A DNA stretch of 64,000 nt, from contig CAZLEV010000002.1 in the NCBI GenBank assembly GCA_964558645.1, positions 192,001 through 256,000 of the forward strand, in the 5' to 3' direction. The position numbers and the translations under genes are program-made. Each line of letters opens with the position of its first letter. The stretch's first letter is position 1. Positions 29,389-39,058 of the stretch are shown here, in pieces. This DNA is from an uncultured archaeon (GTDB lineage: Archaea; Asgardarchaeota; Thorarchaeia; Thorarchaeales; Thorarchaeaceae). Below the pieces are notes generated by a model. It had not been told where the DNA came from and searched no databases. It saw only the letters and a list, made by a program, of their open reading frames with translations.

Positions 29389-32300
29389 ATGGGTTCGAAG
29401 AGAAACGCATTCCTGTTCCTAGCATTCGTTGGCGTCCTGACAGTACTACTGAGTGCTACGCCGATTCTATCTTCCACCTTAGATATCCGCGAGAATGACC
29501 ACTGGGAATACCCTGTAGAAAGCAACCCGGAGTCAGGATACTCTGTTTCTGATAGGGAGCAGCATTCGCCCATCACGATCACGGGGAACAGTCAATTTGC
29601 TTCAATGGCCCAAGAGAATGGATGGCCGGGTTCAGGAGCTGCTGGCGACCCCTATGTGATTACAGGCCTAGAGATTGATGTCGGAGGAGAGTGGGGCAGC
29701 TGTATCACTATCGAGGCTACCGATGTCCATTTCCAGATATCTGACTGCCTGCTGAAGGGAGCAAGCATCGGTGATGGATACGGCGAGGGGTGCGGCATCC
29801 GACTCGTTGACGTACAGAATGGCGAACTGAGAAATAACATCTTGCCTGGCAACCAAATCGGAATAGCCCTGGGCACACCTGACCAGTTCAGTGCGAGTAC
29901 TGCATCAAGTTTCATTGTCATAGAGGGAAATGATCTTAGTGGCTCTACCGAAGGGATTGTAGTCCGTGGATCTTCTGACAATACAATAGAGGATAACACA
30001 TGTAATGGTTGTGCATTCGGGATTCAAGTCGATCACACATATGACGCCATCACTGAGGAGTTAGTTCGTTCCCAGCGGAACATCATCCGTCGGAATACAA
30101 TAGGGTTCTCCAGTGATGTCGGTATCATGGTCAGGATATCCGATCAGATATCGATTACTGAGAACGTGATACGCCGTGGCCTCGGAAAAGGAGTAAGCAT
30201 TCAGGATGTGACAAACACAGCTCTCTCAGAAAACATCCTACTGAACAACAAAGTGAACGCAGAATTTGGTATCGCCCTGAGCGCGAGCACTGTCGACTCA
30301 AACCTCTGGTCAGACTATGATGGTGTTGATGCAGACTATGATGGTATTGGTGACACTCCCTACACAGGACCAGGCTTCGAAGACCACCATCCCAGGATAT
30401 GGCTCAGCGGCTACCGGCTCCCACTGGTGATTGATGGCGACTCCGATCTTGAAGAACGAGCACTGGGAGAGGGTTGGGGCGGGGATGGTAGTTCAAGCAA
30501 CCCGTACGTCTTTGAGAATTACCGCATTGAGGGCAGCAGTGATGCCTGTGTCAGCATCAATCGCCTGATATCAAAACATGTTGCCATTCGGAGTTGTCAT
30601 CTATCGTATGGAACATCCGGGATTCATATTGAAAACGTGAACACATTCGTGACTGTTGAACAGAACACAATCTCTGAGACCGACCACGGGGTCTTGCTCC
30701 AGGCGGACTTGTCAGAACCGTACGCTGAACCATTCGCGAACATCGTTGACAATCAGTTCACGAATAATGGTGTTGGAGTCTTTCTCTCACAGGCCGGTTG
30801 CTTGATGAGTTTCAATATTATCACGGGCAGCCGAGGTTTCGGAGTCTATGCCGAGAACTCACGAAATGTGGACATCTCAGACAATAGAATAGCCGAGTCG
30901 GAATCAGATGGCATCCACCTGTATAATGTACACGAGTTCTCTCTCAGTTTGAACAACTGCTCTGCCAATGGGGGGCATGGACTCGTTCTTGAGGACTGTA
31001 CAGGGTCCGTGGACCCAGATGGAATTGGATGGCTAGAACAGAACATCCTCTCATACAACGAATATGGATTGTATCTTGGTGCAGGTACAGCAGATTGTGG
31101 TTTCCGGGGCAATGTTGTCAGGGGGCGTACTGCTGATGCGGTAGACCATGGAACTGGAAACATCTTCCAGCAGAATACATGGTGGGGTTACACTGGAGTT
31201 GATTTGAACAATGACGGAATTGGTGATACCCCGTATGCATTCACAGGTAACCACGACCCGACTCCAGTATTCCCGTTGTACTGGGTGACTGCCCCCACTG
31301 ATCAGCAGATGGAGACTGTCGAGCCGTTCATCTATGACCTCGACGCCGAGTCATCCTGGCCTGATCTTACCTGGAGCATCAATGATACTCGGTTCACAGT
31401 GAGCAACGACGGAGTCATTGAAAACGCGACTCCGTTGGTTGAGCAGTTCTATCCATTAGAGGTTACGGTGGAGGGGGGAGGAGTTCTATCCGACACCTTC
31501 ACTCTTGCGGTCGTACAAGATATTGAACCACCGGAAACCACTGCTGACGTATTGGGGGAGATGGGGTTGAATGGATGGTATACCTCCGAGGTCACAGTGA
31601 CTCTCACAGCAGAGGACTATCCAGAAAACACCGGTCTGGGAGTGGACTACATTGAGTATCATGTTGAGGTGTCTGCTGATACTTCGGGAAGTGGGTCGAG
31701 CAGTTCGACAACGATCAAACCTGCAACTATTGCGCCGTTCTGGCAGCTCTACGATGGACCCATTCTTGTCGGGGATGAGGGGGCTATTACAGTCTACTTC
31801 AGAGCAGTTGACCTTGCCGGGAATGTCGAGGATACCAAGTCTGTCACATTCTACATTGACAAGAGTGCTCCTGAAACCTCTGCAGCCCTGGCTGGCGACT
31901 TTACATCGACAATGTGGTACTATACAGATGTGGAAGTCACCCTCACAGCAACGGATGCATATTCTGGGGTCTCCAGTATTTTATACAGCTTTGACGGAGA
32001 GTCTTGGATCGTCTATACTGGTCCGTTCGTTTTGACAGGTGACGGAACCTATACTGTCTACTACTACTCCATTGATATGGCAGGCAATGTTGAAGAAACG
32101 AAGTCAATCGGGGTGGGAATCGACACTGAGGCTCCAGAAACATCAGCTGGGATTGAGGGAGTCAAAGGGAACCAGCAATACTATCTCTCTGAAGTAACCG
32201 TGACGATAACGGCCTCAGACGCGACATCAGGAGTTGACAGTATCTGGTATTCGTTCGATCAAGAGACATGGAGTCTCTATGATGCGCCATTCACCGTGAC

Positions 32301-35067
32301 TATGGAGGGGGAGACTGTGTTCTATTACTGGGCCATTGACAACGCAGGAAATGAGGAACCGATCAAATCGACCACCATAGTCATTGACACATTACCGCCA
32401 GTCACAACCGTACAGCTTGAGGGCGAGAGTACAGAGAGCGGGTGGTTTACATCAGAGGTCCTAGTGACACTATCCGCAACCGACACCGAATCGGGGGTGG
32501 AGCAAACTGCATACAGTTTCGATGGCGAGGCCTGGTTGGTATATGATTCACCCTTCACATTTTCCCTGCCCGGAGTTACAACTGTCTACTACAAATCCAT
32601 AGATGTTGCTGGGAATACAGAGGTCACAAAGACTGTGGAGATACGGATAGATGGAACACCGCCGGAAACCTCCATAATACTGACTGGCGCCAAGGGATTG
32701 AATGAGTGGTATATCTCGGAAGTAGAGATCTCCCTCATCGCAACAGATGCAGAGGGATCACAGGTTGTAACCGCCTACAGTTTCGATGGAGAGAGCTGGA
32801 TCATCTATACCGAGCCTTTCGTGATTTCAACTGAGGGACTCCATATCATCCATTACAACTCTACCGATGAGGCAGGGAACGTCGAAGACACTGATACGGA
32901 GACCGTCCGAATAGACTTGACACGGCCGGAAGGAAGCATACATCTTATGGGCCAAGAGGGGACGAGCGACTGGTATCTCTCGGACGTGGAAGTCACAATC
33001 ATAGCCACAGATTCACCATCAGGCATCCTTCATGTACGGTACAGTCTGAACAATGGACCGTGGATGGACTACAACGGACCCTTCACCATAACAACAGAGG
33101 GTTCCAATTGTGTGGAATGGGAGTTGGTTGACCGTGCCGGTTGGATGTTGAATGGCTCGTTCAGCGCGAGTATAGACAAGACTCCGCCAACTACATCTCT
33201 GAGCTACGAGCAGATAAGCGGCATGGGCTCGATTGTGAATCTGACCGCAATCGACTCTGTTTCAGGGCTGGCCGCCATCAGCTATAGTACAGATGGAGTC
33301 ACTTGGTCAACATACTCGGAGCCCTTCCTTCTCAGCGAAGGGGGAATCGTGCCGGTCTACTTCAATGCGACAGATGTGGCTGGTAATGTAGAAGAGCCAA
33401 AGATGGGGCTTGTTGAGGTTGATGTCCTTCCACCGGAAACAAGCATCAGCCTTGATGGCGATCTCGGTCTGGACGGTTGGTACGTTTCTGACGTCATTGT
33501 GAGCCTATCTGCAGTTGATGATCTCATGGGTGTTGACCGGATTGCATATAGCTTCGATGGTCTGGTCTGGATCGAATACTCGAGTCCCTTTGTTATCACA
33601 GATGATGGCCTCACGGTCATCTACTTCAATGCAACTGATCTTGTGGGAAACATGGAGGACACCAAGACAGAGAAGGTTCGCATTGACAAGACTGCACCAA
33701 CAACGACGCTCACAGTCTCACCAGAACCCTACGGTACGGATCCCATTTTCGTTACCACTCTCTCTGAGTTCGAGCTTGAAGCATTTGATAGTCTGCCGGG
33801 TTCAGGAGTGGAACGGACGGAGTATCGGATAGCTGAGGGTAGCTGGATTATCTACGACAGGCCATTCGTTATGGACTCGATCGGGCAGTACGAACTTCAT
33901 TACCGTAGTATCGATGTGGCGGGGAATGAGGAACGTGTTCAGTCAATCACTATCATCGTCAACGGAACGTCAATCCACTATGTAGGGGAAACATCTGGGG
34001 TCTATTCAGATCCAGCACACTTGACGGCAACCCTTGTTGACCTCGCTTCGCAGTCTCCGATAGCGGGAGCCACTGTCTTCTTTTCGATAGGGAACCAAGT
34101 CGTCTCGGCCATCACTGATAGCGACGGCAGTGCAAGCGCAGTCCTCATACTTGAGCAACCAGCAGGGGTGTACACAGCCACGGCGCTGTTTGATGAGGGA
34201 GATGTCTATCTTGCTTCTTCAGACCAAACTGACTTCGTCATACATCGCGAGAGCGCTGAAGTATACTACACAGGCTCGACTGTAGTACCCTCAACAGCGG
34301 AATCGATCTGGCTGAGAGCAACCGTATTTGATGATGACGACGGCTACTGGGGAGATCTGACAGCTGTATACGTGACATTCTGTATCTATCTCACGACAAA
34401 CGATGAACTCTCCTTGTTACAGAGTGTCGGGCCATATGCAGTTGAAATGACCAGCATTGAGGGAGTAGGGACAGCGGTGGGAGAGATACCAAACCTTACA
34501 GAAGGCGAATATCTCGTTGTTGTCATCCTCGAAAAGGAGTATAACAGCTACTACGAAGCCCCCGACTCCGAGGGAGTCAGGGTTACTGTGTTCGAGCCGA
34601 CCCGCGATTTTGTCACAGGGGGAGGGTGGATCTGGGACGAGAATGAACAACGAAGCCACTTTGCGTTCGTCATCCGATATGATAAGACAGGCGTGGCAAA
34701 GGGGCAGGTTGTTTATACCTATATAGAAGGTGATTGGTTACATATCGTCAAGAGCAGAGCGATATTGGGCCTTGCGATTGAGGAGGAGCATGCATTCTTC
34801 GAGGCAACGTGTTTTATCGTCAAATTGAACCTGCGAACCGGCTGCTTGATCTGGACCAATGAGGAGTACAGGCTCAGAATTGATGTCTGGGATAAAGGCA
34901 AACGTGGGAGAAACGATATCTTCCAGATTCGTATCCTTGATCCCAATGGCATAGTCTATCATGAAAACGGGTTCGATCCCAGTGGAAACCTTGGTGGAGG
35001 AAACATCACAATCCATTACAGCGGGAAGAACCAGATGCATTGCTGCAAAAGAAAGAAACGCAGATGA
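29389..35067 (+). CDS. Giant surface protein: NosD/pectin-lyase beta-helices + nine OmpL47-like Ig repeats + C-terminal domains
   Basis: Signal peptide from ATG 29389; two beta-helix blocks ending DGIGDTPY; nine D..PP.T...Y..D.AGNVE repeats; FVTGGGWI tail. Confidence 0.88.
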   Translation: MGSKRNAFLFLAFVGVLTVLLSATPILSSTLDIRENDHWEYPVESNPESGYSVSDREQHSPITITGNSQFASMAQENGWPGSGAAGDPYVITGLEIDVGGEWGSCITIEATDVHFQISDCLLKGASIGDGYGEGCGIRLVDVQNGELRNNILPGNQIGIALGTPDQFSASTASSFIVIEGNDLSGSTEGIVVRGSSDNTIEDNTCNGCAFGIQVDHTYDAITEELVRSQRNIIRRNTIGFSSDVGIMVRISDQISITENVIRRGLGKGVSIQDVTNTALSENILLNNKVNAEFGIALSASTVDSNLWSDYDGVDADYDGIGDTPYTGPGFEDHHPRIWLSGYRLPLVIDGDSDLEERALGEGWGGDGSSSNPYVFENYRIEGSSDACVSINRLISKHVAIRSCHLSYGTSGIHIENVNTFVTVEQNTISETDHGVLLQADLSEPYAEPFANIVDNQFTNNGVGVFLSQAGCLMSFNIITGSRGFGVYAENSRNVDISDNRIAESESDGIHLYNVHEFSLSLNNCSANGGHGLVLEDCTGSVDPDGIGWLEQNILSYNEYGLYLGAGTADCGFRGNVVRGRTADAVDHGTGNIFQQNTWWGYTGVDLNNDGIGDTPYAFTGNHDPTPVFPLYWVTAPTDQQMETVEPFIYDLDAESSWPDLTWSINDTRFTVSNDGVIENATPLVEQFYPLEVTVEGGGVLSDTFTLAVVQDIEPPETTADVLGEMGLNGWYTSEVTVTLTAEDYPENTGLGVDYIEYHVEVSADTSGSGSSSSTTIKPATIAPFWQLYDGPILVGDEGAITVYFRAVDLAGNVEDTKSVTFYIDKSAPETSAALAGDFTSTMWYYTDVEVTLTATDAYSGVSSILYSFDGESWIVYTGPFVLTGDGTYTVYYYSIDMAGNVEETKSIGVGIDTEAPETSAGIEGVKGNQQYYLSEVTVTITASDATSGVDSIWYSFDQETWSLYDAPFTVTMEGETVFYYWAIDNAGNEEPIKSTTIVIDTLPPVTTVQLEGESTESGWFTSEVLVTLSATDTESGVEQTAYSFDGEAWLVYDSPFTFSLPGVTTVYYKSIDVAGNTEVTKTVEIRIDGTPPETSIILTGAKGLNEWYISEVEISLIATDAEGSQVVTAYSFDGESWIIYTEPFVISTEGLHIIHYNSTDEAGNVEDTDTETVRIDLTRPEGSIHLMGQEGTSDWYLSDVEVTIIATDSPSGILHVRYSLNNGPWMDYNGPFTITTEGSNCVEWELVDRAGWMLNGSFSASIDKTPPTTSLSYEQISGMGSIVNLTAIDSVSGLAAISYSTDGVTWSTYSEPFLLSEGGIVPVYFNATDVAGNVEEPKMGLVEVDVLPPETSISLDGDLGLDGWYVSDVIVSLSAVDDLMGVDRIAYSFDGLVWIEYSSPFVITDDGLTVIYFNATDLVGNMEDTKTEKVRIDKTAPTTTLTVSPEPYGTDPIFVTTLSEFELEAFDSLPGSGVERTEYRIAEGSWIIYDRPFVMDSIGQYELHYRSIDVAGNEERVQSITIIVNGTSIHYVGETSGVYSDPAHLTATLVDLASQSPIAGATVFFSIGNQVVSAITDSDGSASAVLILEQPAGVYTATALFDEGDVYLASSDQTDFVIHRESAEVYYTGSTVVPSTAESIWLRATVFDDDDGYWGDLTAVYVTFCIYLTTNDELSLLQSVGPYAVEMTSIEGVGTAVGEIPNLTEGEYLVVVILEKEYNSYYEAPDSEGVRVTVFEPTRDFVTGGGWIWDENEQRSHFAFVIRYDKTGVAKGQVVYTYIEGDWLHIVKSRAILGLAIEEEHAFFEATCFIVKLNLRTGCLIWTNEEYRLRIDVWDKGKRGRNDIFQIRILDPNGIVYHENGFDPSGNLGGGNITIHYSGKNQMHCCKRKKRR

Positions 35068-35141
35068 TGCAGATTCGTCATGTCGGAGGCGAGTGTTCCT
35101 TCTGAGGAGTCAGAAAAGACCCAGCTCAGATGAGATATTGT

Positions 35142-35561
35142 CTATTCACCAATGACCTTAATCAAGACCCGCTTTGGTCTCCGTCCATCAAACTCTCCGT
35201 AGAAGATTGCCTCCCAAGGTCCGAGATCGAGCCGGCCATTGGTTATAGCAACAACCACTTCACGACCCATGACCTGCCGTTTGAGATGGGCATCACCATT
35301 ATCCTCTCCTGTACGGTTGTGTCGATACTGGCTGATGGGCTCATGGGGAGCGATTTCCTCAAGCCAGCGCTTATAGTCCTCATGTAGACCACTCTCGTTA
35401 TCGTTGATGAAGACACTGGACGTTATGTGCATCGAATTCACAAGACAGAGTCCTTCTTGAACCTCACTCTCGGCAACAGCCTTCTGGACCTTCGGAGTTA
35501 TGTGGACAAGATCCATGCGCTTTGGAACATTGAATGTTAGGTACTTTGTATGGCTTTTCAT
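35142..35561 (-). CDS. yjbQ: YjbQ family (secondary thiamine-phosphate synthase)
   Basis: [35 protein letters not shown]. Confidence 0.93.
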   Translation of the reverse strand: MKSHTKYLTFNVPKRMDLVHITPKVQKAVAESEVQEGLCLVNSMHITSSVFINDNESGLHEDYKRWLEEIAPHEPISQYRHNRTGEDNGDAHLKRQVMGREVVVAITNGRLDLGPWEAIFYGEFDGRRPKRVLIKVIGE

Positions 35562-35716
35562 TGCACCTGCCCACTTGACCTTGTTCGTAAAAGACTTGTC
35601 AATTGCCTCAATCGATTGCGCAATACAGACCTGTCTCTATGTTGTCCACAATATCCCTATAAAGATTCAAAACGATAAGCAATACAGCGCTGCCTTCCAC
35701 AGAGAAGGAATGAAAG

Positions 35717-36826
35717 GTGATGAGGAGAAGTCCCCGCAGGCAATTCAAAGTCTGCCTGATAGGCGACGGTTATGTGGGCAAGACGTCAATCAGGCAGGAG
35801 TATCTGGGGAAGGGGTTTAAGGCAAGCTACATCCCCACCCTCGGAGTCGATTTCGCTCAGAAGTCGTTGATGTACGATGACAAAGAAACGCAACTTGTGA
35901 TATGGGATATCGCAGGGCAGCCCCTCTTCAAGAGCCTCCGCCAGAAGTACTATCAGGGCTGCAGCGGCATAATCCTCGTTTATTCTGTTGTGGACAGGAG
36001 CTCCTTTGACAACGCCTCAAAGTGGCTTGTTGAGGCCTACGGCTTCATGGGAGAGCTCCCACCCATAATAGTAGCGGCAAACAAGATAGATCTGCGATCA
36101 AACCGGCCAGAAGACGAGATAGTCACTTATGAAGAGGGGAAAGTCTTCGCGGAGAAGTTCAGTCAGAAACTGAATGCACCGGCCATTTTCATAGAAACGT
36201 CTGCACTGACAGGGGAGAACATCGAAGAGGCGTTTCAAGAACTGACAGAAATGATGGTTGAGAGAGTCGAGAGGCGCCTCCAAGGACTCAGAGAAGAATC
36301 GGCATCGACGATGCCAGAACAGGCCGCAGATACTCAAACCAGAGCAGTTGAATCGACAGAGACCTCTGCGTCAGGAGATTCAATGGGTTCGACCACTGCA
36401 AATACCGCACCCTCTGAGGCGGATTTTGACCCCGTGACCTCACTCATGAGCGACTCACCTCATCTACAGGAAGAGCAGATTGGAGAACATATGAGCAGAC
36501 TGCTCCAGTTGCGTAGTGAACTGAAGAGTGCAGAGGAAGAAATGGCACACCTCACCTCTCAGTATGAAACTAGGCTCTTGGAACTCAGAAACACCGTCCA
36601 TGTCAAGAAGCTGATGTATGAGCACCTCCAGACACAGATCAAGGAAACACGACAGGAGTGGTCTGATGCCTATGAGGAGTATGTGAAAATAGAGGAACAC
36701 AAGAACAGAGAGATAACACGACGGGGTAAGCAGATCGAGAGCATCCGAAAAGAAATAGAGCGTATAGGAAGGACAATAAGAACGAGGGTCGGCGACCTCG
36801 ATCTGAGAAAGGTTACTGGGTCATAG
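35717..36826 (+). CDS. Rab-like small GTPase with long C-terminal coiled coil
   Basis: G1 GDGYVGKT, G2 YIPTLG, G3 WDIAGQ, G4 NKID, G5 ETSAL. Confidence 0.93.
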   Translation: MMRRSPRRQFKVCLIGDGYVGKTSIRQEYLGKGFKASYIPTLGVDFAQKSLMYDDKETQLVIWDIAGQPLFKSLRQKYYQGCSGIILVYSVVDRSSFDNASKWLVEAYGFMGELPPIIVAANKIDLRSNRPEDEIVTYEEGKVFAEKFSQKLNAPAIFIETSALTGENIEEAFQELTEMMVERVERRLQGLREESASTMPEQAADTQTRAVESTETSASGDSMGSTTANTAPSEADFDPVTSLMSDSPHLQEEQIGEHMSRLLQLRSELKSAEEEMAHLTSQYETRLLELRNTVHVKKLMYEHLQTQIKETRQEWSDAYEEYVKIEEHKNREITRRGKQIESIRKEIERIGRTIRTRVGDLDLRKVTGS

Positions 36827-37056
36827 GACAGTTCACCGTTTCACTACGAACCATGCAATCACACTGATAGAAGAGTGTGGTACTTCCGTGGAATAGCATA
36901 CGAGCTTCTCTTTGAAACCTATATGGTGCTAGGGCAGACCCATTCTCGGTTCAACGCATGGATCTATAGGAGATTCTATCATTCGTCTTAAAGGGGGGTC
37001 TCATTGATAACCAGGTTACTTGTGGCTGTCGATAACCTCTCACCGTGCATCAGAAT

Positions 37057-37812
37057 TCAAGTCCTGGCAACCAAGTAACGCAGCCACATATGCCCACTAA
37101 GATCCGTATGCGCCGATATAAGATTGAGCCGCGTTGGTAGCTCTCCTTCTTGGAGATCTGGCGAGTCGAACAGGCTCGGCGTATCAGTCCCTCCCACAAG
37201 ACCCGGGACGATTTCGATGTTGACTTCATCAACCAGTCCAGCGCGAAGAAGTGCTCCATTGAGTTTCCCGCCTGGAGTCGCCAGTATGCATTCAACACCC
37301 AATAGCGAATGAAGCTTGTTGAACGTGGCATGCAGGTCAACATGACCATCCCCAGCAAGGAGGTAAGGGATTCCCTCTCGCTGGAGATAACCGAGGTACT
37401 CTCTGGGCGTATGATTACCAACCAGAATCAGGATATGCCATCCGGGCAGGTCATCGAAGGTCTTCGCCCATCCTCTCATTCTACCTCGGCCATCAACCGC
37501 CACACACCAGCCCCTCCGCTCTGGAGAATCAATGACTGAAGAGGGAAGAAAGTCCTGGTACAGGTCAGAATCTCCGATATCAGTCGAGGGCAGGGGTTCC
37601 GGTCTCCGATTCTCCGGAACAAAAGAACCACTTCCCTCCATTATTACGGTCGGCCTGTGGAGAGATATCAAATACTCTCTAACATTGATCTCGGGAGTTG
37701 ATGTGATGGTTTCGAATCTATCGTCGCCATCGAACATAGTCTTATTCGGTGCTATTGCTACTCGTCCGTCTGCAGATGCAACCGTGTACGTTACTACTCG
37801 GGGTCGATCCAT
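37057..37812 (-). CDS. RibD C-terminal / dihydrofolate reductase-like protein
   Basis: ASADGR, GGKLNGALLRAGLVDE, PGLVGG, WLRY. Confidence 0.9.
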   Translation of the reverse strand: MDRPRVVTYTVASADGRVAIAPNKTMFDGDDRFETITSTPEINVREYLISLHRPTVIMEGSGSFVPENRRPEPLPSTDIGDSDLYQDFLPSSVIDSPERRGWCVAVDGRGRMRGWAKTFDDLPGWHILILVGNHTPREYLGYLQREGIPYLLAGDGHVDLHATFNKLHSLLGVECILATPGGKLNGALLRAGLVDEVNIEIVPGLVGGTDTPSLFDSPDLQEGELPTRLNLISAHTDLSGHMWLRYLVART

Positions 37813-37994
37813 TCAAAACTAGCTCCATGTGCTTTCTATGGGGCATTTCGAGGAGAAATATAATTCTGTTTCTCAGACACGACGAGCTTGACCACAACTG
37901 GGTGACGATTGGCGAATTACACAGCACTATCTCGTAAGAGATTGCGTATGAGGGTCGAAAAAGGTGGTCAAAAACCACACTGAGCAGTCTACGG

Positions 37995-38175
37995 GGCATA
38001 CCAACAGCTACCGAAAACGTGGACAGAGTTGGGCATGTCAGCGCAGGAGTTTATGTGCTCCAGCCCATGAGAGCTGGTCATTTTCACAGTATCGCCGACC
38101 ACGACAGAAACCACCCACTGCCGTGACCTGAGGGGACAACTCTCTAGTACCAAGTTTGCTCAACATACAATGAAC
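37995..38175 (-). repeat. Non-coding dispersed element, copy 2 (181 bp, inverted)
   Basis: Reverse complement reads GTTCATTGTATGTTGAGCAAAC...AGAGAGTTGTCCCC...TCTGTCGTGGTC...GGGCTGGAG...ACGTTTTCGGTAGCTGTTGGTATGCC. Confidence 0.9.
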
Positions 38176-38229
38176 GGTTCTGAAGGGAAAGAGTATTGAG
38201 ATAGCTCCCCTGATTCTCGGTGATGAACC

Positions 38230-38547
38230 ATGTCCGAACAGGAACCAGAATCAACGAAAGTCATTGCCGAACTTGTCATTGCGCCCTTTGGTGTAGGAAC
38301 AAGTCTGAGCAAGTATGTTCGAGAGTCTGTCAGAGTCATCGATGAATTTCCTGGCATAAGAGTCCAACACACTCCCATGAGCTCAATCATCGAAGCAGAC
38401 GATGTTGACAAGGTTCTAGCCGTGACCAAGGCGGCTCACGAGAGGATGTTCGAGGCGGGAGCCGAGAGAGTTTCCACCTTGCTTCGTATTGACGACAGAA
38501 GAGACAAGCCTCGTAGAATGGAGGATAAGGTGGAGTCTATATCGTAA
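38230..38547 (+). CDS. MTH1187/YkoF-like thiamine-binding protein
   Basis: SLSKYV, TPMSSIIE, RVSTLLRIDDRRDK. Confidence 0.92.
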   Translation: MSEQEPESTKVIAELVIAPFGVGTSLSKYVRESVRVIDEFPGIRVQHTPMSSIIEADDVDKVLAVTKAAHERMFEAGAERVSTLLRIDDRRDKPRRMEDKVESIS

Positions 38548-38687
38548 GGCATGTAGGCTGCGAATGTATACACCTTACATCTAGACATGGGTTGCTCTTG
38601 AAGAGGTAACCGGGAGTAGTTTCTCCACAGGAGCGAGAGACAGCGCTAACCGAGTAGCCTATATCTTTGTGCATGGAAGTAGATACC

Positions 38688-39044
38688 ATGGTAGACAAAG
38701 AGGAAATCAAGACTGAGGATGACATCAGACGCGCCTTGAAAGGTTGGAGCGAGTTTGAGAAGGATGTTCTCGTTATCACCTCACGGATACCCAAGGGAAA
38801 GGTGAGTACCTACGGTCGAATCGCAAAGATGATTGGTCGACCTAGAGCCTATCGTGCTGTTGCCAACACGCTACACAAGAACCCACTACATCCTGAACCT
38901 GTTCCCTGCCACAGAGTTGTCAAGGCCGACGGCGGCTTTGGCGGAGAAAGACAAGCAGCTGCGAAAAGGAGAAAGCGGGTTGAGGAAGAGGGAGTTCCCG
39001 TCGAGAATGACCGGGTCAAGATAAGTGAGGACATCCTATTCTAG
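38688..39044 (+). CDS. ogt: Methylated-DNA--protein-cysteine methyltransferase, single domain
   Basis: IPKGKVSTYG.IA, RAVA, active-site PCHRVV. Confidence 0.9.
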   Translation: MVDKEEIKTEDDIRRALKGWSEFEKDVLVITSRIPKGKVSTYGRIAKMIGRPRAYRAVANTLHKNPLHPEPVPCHRVVKADGGFGGERQAAAKRRKRVEEEGVPVENDRVKISEDILF

Positions 39045-39058
39045 AGACTAGTTGAGTA

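Noticed and set aside
31510-33960. Tandem repeats as a possible CRISPR array or DGR template/variable pair
   Set aside because: Similarity is at the protein level (Ig-like repeats) with diverged DNA; no RT or cas genes.
38001-38066. Peptide PTATENVD.VGH...GVY.LQP readable in all three element copies, with many third-position changes between copies 1 and 2
   Set aside because: No shared start, upstream stops in copies 2 and 3, a 4-nt frameshifting indel, and a weak bias in the copy 2/3 comparison; two of the silent changes are the covarying stem positions. A relic coding origin is not excluded.
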